Made by a program: the position numbers and the translations under genes. A stretch of DNA of 64,000 bases, taken from contig OY829846.1 of NCBI GenBank assembly GCA_963691875.1, positions 704,001-768,000 on the forward strand, written 5' to 3'. A model generated the notes under the pieces. The model was not told the DNA's origin and made no database searches. It worked only from the letters and a program-made list of their open reading frames with translations. Below, in pieces: positions 60,494-64,000 of this stretch. The stretch's first letter is position 1. Every line of letters begins with the position of its first letter. Source of the DNA: Aureliella sp. GTDB lineage: Bacteria > Planctomycetota > Planctomycetia > Pirellulales > Pirellulaceae.

Positions 60494-61517
60494 TCTCGGC
60501 TTTGAATTTCGGGACCCTTGGTTTCTTCTTCTAGCTCCACTTGCTGTACTAGTGACGTGGGTCATGACGAGATCTGGATCTTCGCTACTGTTCTCCTCTA
60601 CAACGGGTATCGCTTCGGCCCCGGTTTCAACGAGGCAGCGACTCGCGTTGTTACCACCAGCGTTGATGGGCCTTGGTATCGTTGCCCTCATCGTCGCACT
60701 CGCCCGCCCGAGGACTCCCGAACGCGAAACACAAGTCAGTCGTGAGGGAATCGCTATCATGATGGTGGTCGACCTTTCCTCTTCGATGAACGCGCGTGAC
60801 CTCACCGAGGACGTTGGACTGAATCGCCTCGACGTCGTGAAAGATGTCTTCACGGATTTTGTACTTGGGAGTGACGACAACAAAATGGGCGGACGTCGCG
60901 ATGATCTGGTCGGGCTTGTTACCTTCGCAGGCTACGCAGACAGTGTCTGTCCACTCACCTTGGATCACGGCAACTTGGCCAACATTGTAAAAGACCTCAA
61001 GATTGTCGAAGTTCAGGAAGAAGACGGTACGGCGGTAGGCGACGGACTAGGGCTGGCCGTAGAACGACTTCGCAGAAGTAAGGCCAAGTCACGCGTCGCA
61101 ATCTTGCTGACAGACGGTGTCAACAATGCCGGGGTGATACAACCCACCAAAGCGGCTGAGTTGGCAAAAGAATACGATATCAAAGTCTATTGCATTGGTG
61201 CTGGTACTAACGGAACGGCTCCGGTTCCATCCCGCGACATGTTCGGTCGTTTAACTCTAGTGGGAATGCCGGTGCAAATCGACGAAGAAACGCTTGAAAA
61301 AATCTCCGACATGACGGGAGGCAAGTACTTCCGCGCCACGGACCGCGAAAAGCTTGGAGAGATCTATTCGGCGATCAACGAACTGGAGCGCACGGAGGTG
61401 TCAGAAATTCGCTATTTGAGGTATCACGAACATTTTGCATACTTCCTCAGCAGCGCTTTGGGCTTGCTCGTTGTAGCCGCTCTGTTGTCCAGTTCACTAT
61501 TTCGGAAGCTGCCATAA
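60486..61517 (+). CDS. BatA-like vWA protein
   Basis: F..PW.LL, ALARP, MIDAS DLSSSM, GTA.GD, LLTDG.NN, TGG.YFRA. Confidence 0.9.
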   Translation: MFDLGFEFRDPWFLLLAPLAVLVTWVMTRSGSSLLFSSTTGIASAPVSTRQRLALLPPALMGLGIVALIVALARPRTPERETQVSREGIAIMMVVDLSSSMNARDLTEDVGLNRLDVVKDVFTDFVLGSDDNKMGGRRDDLVGLVTFAGYADSVCPLTLDHGNLANIVKDLKIVEVQEEDGTAVGDGLGLAVERLRRSKAKSRVAILLTDGVNNAGVIQPTKAAELAKEYDIKVYCIGAGTNGTAPVPSRDMFGRLTLVGMPVQIDEETLEKISDMTGGKYFRATDREKLGEIYSAINELERTEVSEIRYLRYHEHFAYFLSSALGLLVVAALLSSSLFRKLP

Positions 61518-61540
61518 TCGTGGTAAGGAGGCGAGTTTAG

Positions 61541-64000
61541 ATGGACGAATTTCGATTCGCCGAACTGAGCTGGGTGCACGCTATGTGGATAGTGATGCTA
61601 GTTGCGATTGTTCTTATTGGTCTCGAGCTGCGCGGACGCAGCATCCTCGATCGACTAGTCTCCACTTTGATGCAAAATCGGCTAGTGAGCCGAATCTCCC
61701 TTTCGCGGCGACTCTGTTCCATAGCGATATTTTGTCTCGGCTTGGTTGCAGTAGTCTTCGGTTTGATGAGACCACAATGGGGCATGACCGTGCAGAAAAT
61801 GGCGCGAGTTGATTCGCAGATTATGATCTGTTTAGACTTGAGCAAATCCATGCTCGCCGAGGATGTTGTGCCTTCGCGATTGGAAAGATCCAAGGCCGAA
61901 ATAGATTCCCTGCTTGCGCTACTAGACGAAGGGCAACAAGTGGGACTCATCGGTTTCGCTGGCAAGGCAACAGTGCTGTGTCCCATGACCACAGATTTCG
62001 GTTTTCTCAGGTTGATCCTGAGGGAGGCCTCCCCTTCCATCGTAGGTATGGGTGGGACAAGAATTGGAGAAGCGCTTCAGAAAGCAGCAGATGGTTTTCG
62101 AGAGACAGGAGATGTCAATCGGCTGATTCTGCTGATCACCGATGGAGAGGACCACGATTCATTTCCCCTAGATGCTGCCGAAAAGGCGAAGGAGAAAGGG
62201 TCTCGAGTCGTCTGCGTAGGGTTTGGCGACGAAATTGGCAGTAAGATCGAAGTCACTGATCCGCAGACTGGTGTACGTCGTTTCGTCAAAGATTCAGAAG
62301 GCAATGCAGTGTTAAGTGCGTTGGATGGGGAGACATTGCGAGATATTGCCTTGAAAACCGAAGGAGCCTATGTCCCTGCAGGAACTCGTGCGCTGGATCT
62401 TCAATCGATCTATGACACGCATATCAAGACTCTGCTGAAGGGCTCCGACACCAAGGAAGATCGCGTGATCAGAAATGAAGGCTTCCAGTGGTGCATCCTT
62501 GTGGCCCTTCCTCTCATTGTTGTTTCCTTTCTAATGCGCATTCAAGTCAACTCACCCGTTGCATCGCGACGATTCACACAGGCCGCCGCACCTCTTGTCG
62601 CGTTCCTGTTTATAGTTATCTCGCCTGTTCGACCCTCTCAAGCAGCAACATTGCTGGTGCAGACTTCAGCCGCGATAGAGGAACCCGGGGAGCGAAATAC
62701 CAAAGCAGACAAAACAGATGAATCCGCTGCGTTCGACGACAAAACGGAAGAGTCTGACACCGCGGAAGCGGATGAGGATCCTCCGCAGCTCCGGGAGCTC
62801 GATCAACCTCCGCGAACGCTTTACAACATGGGAATCCGGCTGATTTCGGCAAATCCGGATCGTGCCGAGAAGCTCTTGACAGAGGCGAGGAACAAAGCTG
62901 GAGTGGACGGCGAGTTGCGATACCGCTCGTTGTTCAATCTATCATGGGTGGAACTGGAAAGATCAGAAAAGAAGCTCGAAAGTGAGTCCGAGAAGGCACT
63001 TCAGCATCTAGAGTACGCCGCGGGTTACCTGCGCGATGCAATTCGCATTCGTCCCGATGCGGACGAAGCGCGGAAAAACCTCGAACTCGTAATGCAGAAG
63101 ATTCTCGCTCTGCGCGACAAGCTCGCCAAAAAGAACGAAGAGACTTACGAGTCGCGTCTGGACGATTTAATTCAAGCACAGCGGGAGCATCAGGCTGAGT
63201 TGCAGCAGCTGACCATCATCGCAGACTCTCTGGACAACGTCTCCAAGATGCGTGATGCCTTCCGAAAAGTTGGCGTGACACAGCGTCGCGTCATCTCAAA
63301 CATGCAGGTCTTGCATACCGACGCACTACGAGAGTTGGAATCCTTGCGGCAGGAGACAGCCCAGGCCGCTAACTCCCGCGGACCCAGTAGCACCGCAAGC
63401 AAACCAGTCGCACCTGGTGAGAATCAAATCGACCCGCGATTGCGCATGGCACAACTGGAGCAAGTTAGCTTCTATCTTGATCAAGCGTTGCAGTCCATCG
63501 CACGCTCGCGAAGTTTCACGCGCCGCTCACAAGCCGACCGAGCTTTCCTTCGGTGGTCCGCGGCACTCACCCAAACAAAACGTGCACGCGATCAACTTAG
63601 AAATCCTGTTGAGCTTCTGCAGCGACTAGCAGGTGAGGGAGTCCAGATAGGTCAAGGAATCAAGCAAGTCCAGTTTTCCGCTTCCAAAGGTGAACCAGCA
63701 CAATCAACCACACCAGCTTGGCTCACGGACGACTACTTACAGGACGAACAGTCGCAAATGATTCAGCGATGCGACGAACTTCGAATGATCTTTGAGGGCA
63801 CGGTTGAGAACTCCGAATCGCAAGCCGGCTCCGAGACGGGCGACAATGGGCAGCAGAAAACGATGCTCGAGAACATCAAGCTCGCAATTCCCGAATTGAA
63901 TAAAGCAACGTCCCTTCACAAAGATGTTTTGCAAGAGCTCCGTTCCAAGCGCTATTCGAAGGCTCTAGAGGATAACGGCGACGCAGGACTCGCGATGCTG
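61541..64000 (+). CDS. BatB-like vWA protein with long helical/TPR-like extension (runs off the window)
   Basis: AAGGAG RBS; MDEFRF, RPQWG, DLSKSM, P.T.D, ITDGEDH, G.YV; frame appears open to the window end (absent from the ORF track because no stop). Confidence 0.8.
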   Translation, partial: MDEFRFAELSWVHAMWIVMLVAIVLIGLELRGRSILDRLVSTLMQNRLVSRISLSRRLCSIAIFCLGLVAVVFGLMRPQWGMTVQKMARVDSQIMICLDLSKSMLAEDVVPSRLERSKAEIDSLLALLDEGQQVGLIGFAGKATVLCPMTTDFGFLRLILREASPSIVGMGGTRIGEALQKAADGFRETGDVNRLILLITDGEDHDSFPLDAAEKAKEKGSRVVCVGFGDEIGSKIEVTDPQTGVRRFVKDSEGNAVLSALDGETLRDIALKTEGAYVPAGTRALDLQSIYDTHIKTLLKGSDTKEDRVIRNEGFQWCILVALPLIVVSFLMRIQVNSPVASRRFTQAAAPLVAFLFIVISPVRPSQAATLLVQTSAAIEEPGERNTKADKTDESAAFDDKTEESDTAEADEDPPQLRELDQPPRTLYNMGIRLISANPDRAEKLLTEARNKAGVDGELRYRSLFNLSWVELERSEKKLESESEKALQHLEYAAGYLRDAIRIRPDADEARKNLELVMQKILALRDKLAKKNEETYESRLDDLIQAQREHQAELQQLTIIADSLDNVSKMRDAFRKVGVTQRRVISNMQVLHTDALRELESLRQETAQAANSRGPSSTASKPVAPGENQIDPRLRMAQLEQVSFYLDQALQSIARSRSFTRRSQADRAFLRWSAALTQTKRARDQLRNPVELLQRLAGEGVQIGQGIKQVQFSASKGEPAQSTTPAWLTDDYLQDEQSQMIQRCDELRMIFEGTVENSESQAGSETGDNGQQKTMLENIKLAIPELNKATSLHKDVLQELRSKRYSKALEDNGDAGLAML

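Noticed and set aside
1..64000. Numerous antisense or overlapping ORFs in the six-frame track
   Set aside because: Shadows of well-supported genes, with no motifs of their own.

Overview
Planctomycete-like chromosomal window, judged from DUF1552/DUF1592, DUF1549/1553, DUF1501, sulfatase, Ser/Thr kinase, PEP-CTERM and MoxR-Bat genes. The flanks (1-26 kb, 50-64 kb) are ordinary host genes such as msrB, metF, csrA, polA, an RluA-family gene and a moxR/bat operon. The centre is a tRNA-Glu(TTC) integration hotspot. A 14.6 kb element is bounded by a perfect 19-bp direct repeat of the tRNA 3' end (26155-26173 / 40790-40808). Its ~8.5 kb core is co-oriented: tyrosine integrase, its own atypical family-A DNA polymerase, an iteron-like origin, a prim-pol/DUF3987 primase-helicase, an SSB-like protein, an excisionase-like HTH and a putative regulator with a structured leader. 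No capsid, terminase or conjugation genes are recognisable. Its cargo includes a type III PKS / FAD oxidoreductase / methyltransferase cluster. The integrase reads through the att core, so recombination would swap its C-terminus. A second, relict attR with a different tRNA-like core lies mid-element. Right of attR is an older, decaying island with integrase, PEP-CTERM and IS3 remnants and a large kinase-NTPase-FGE gene. All family calls are by motif recognition; no searches were run.
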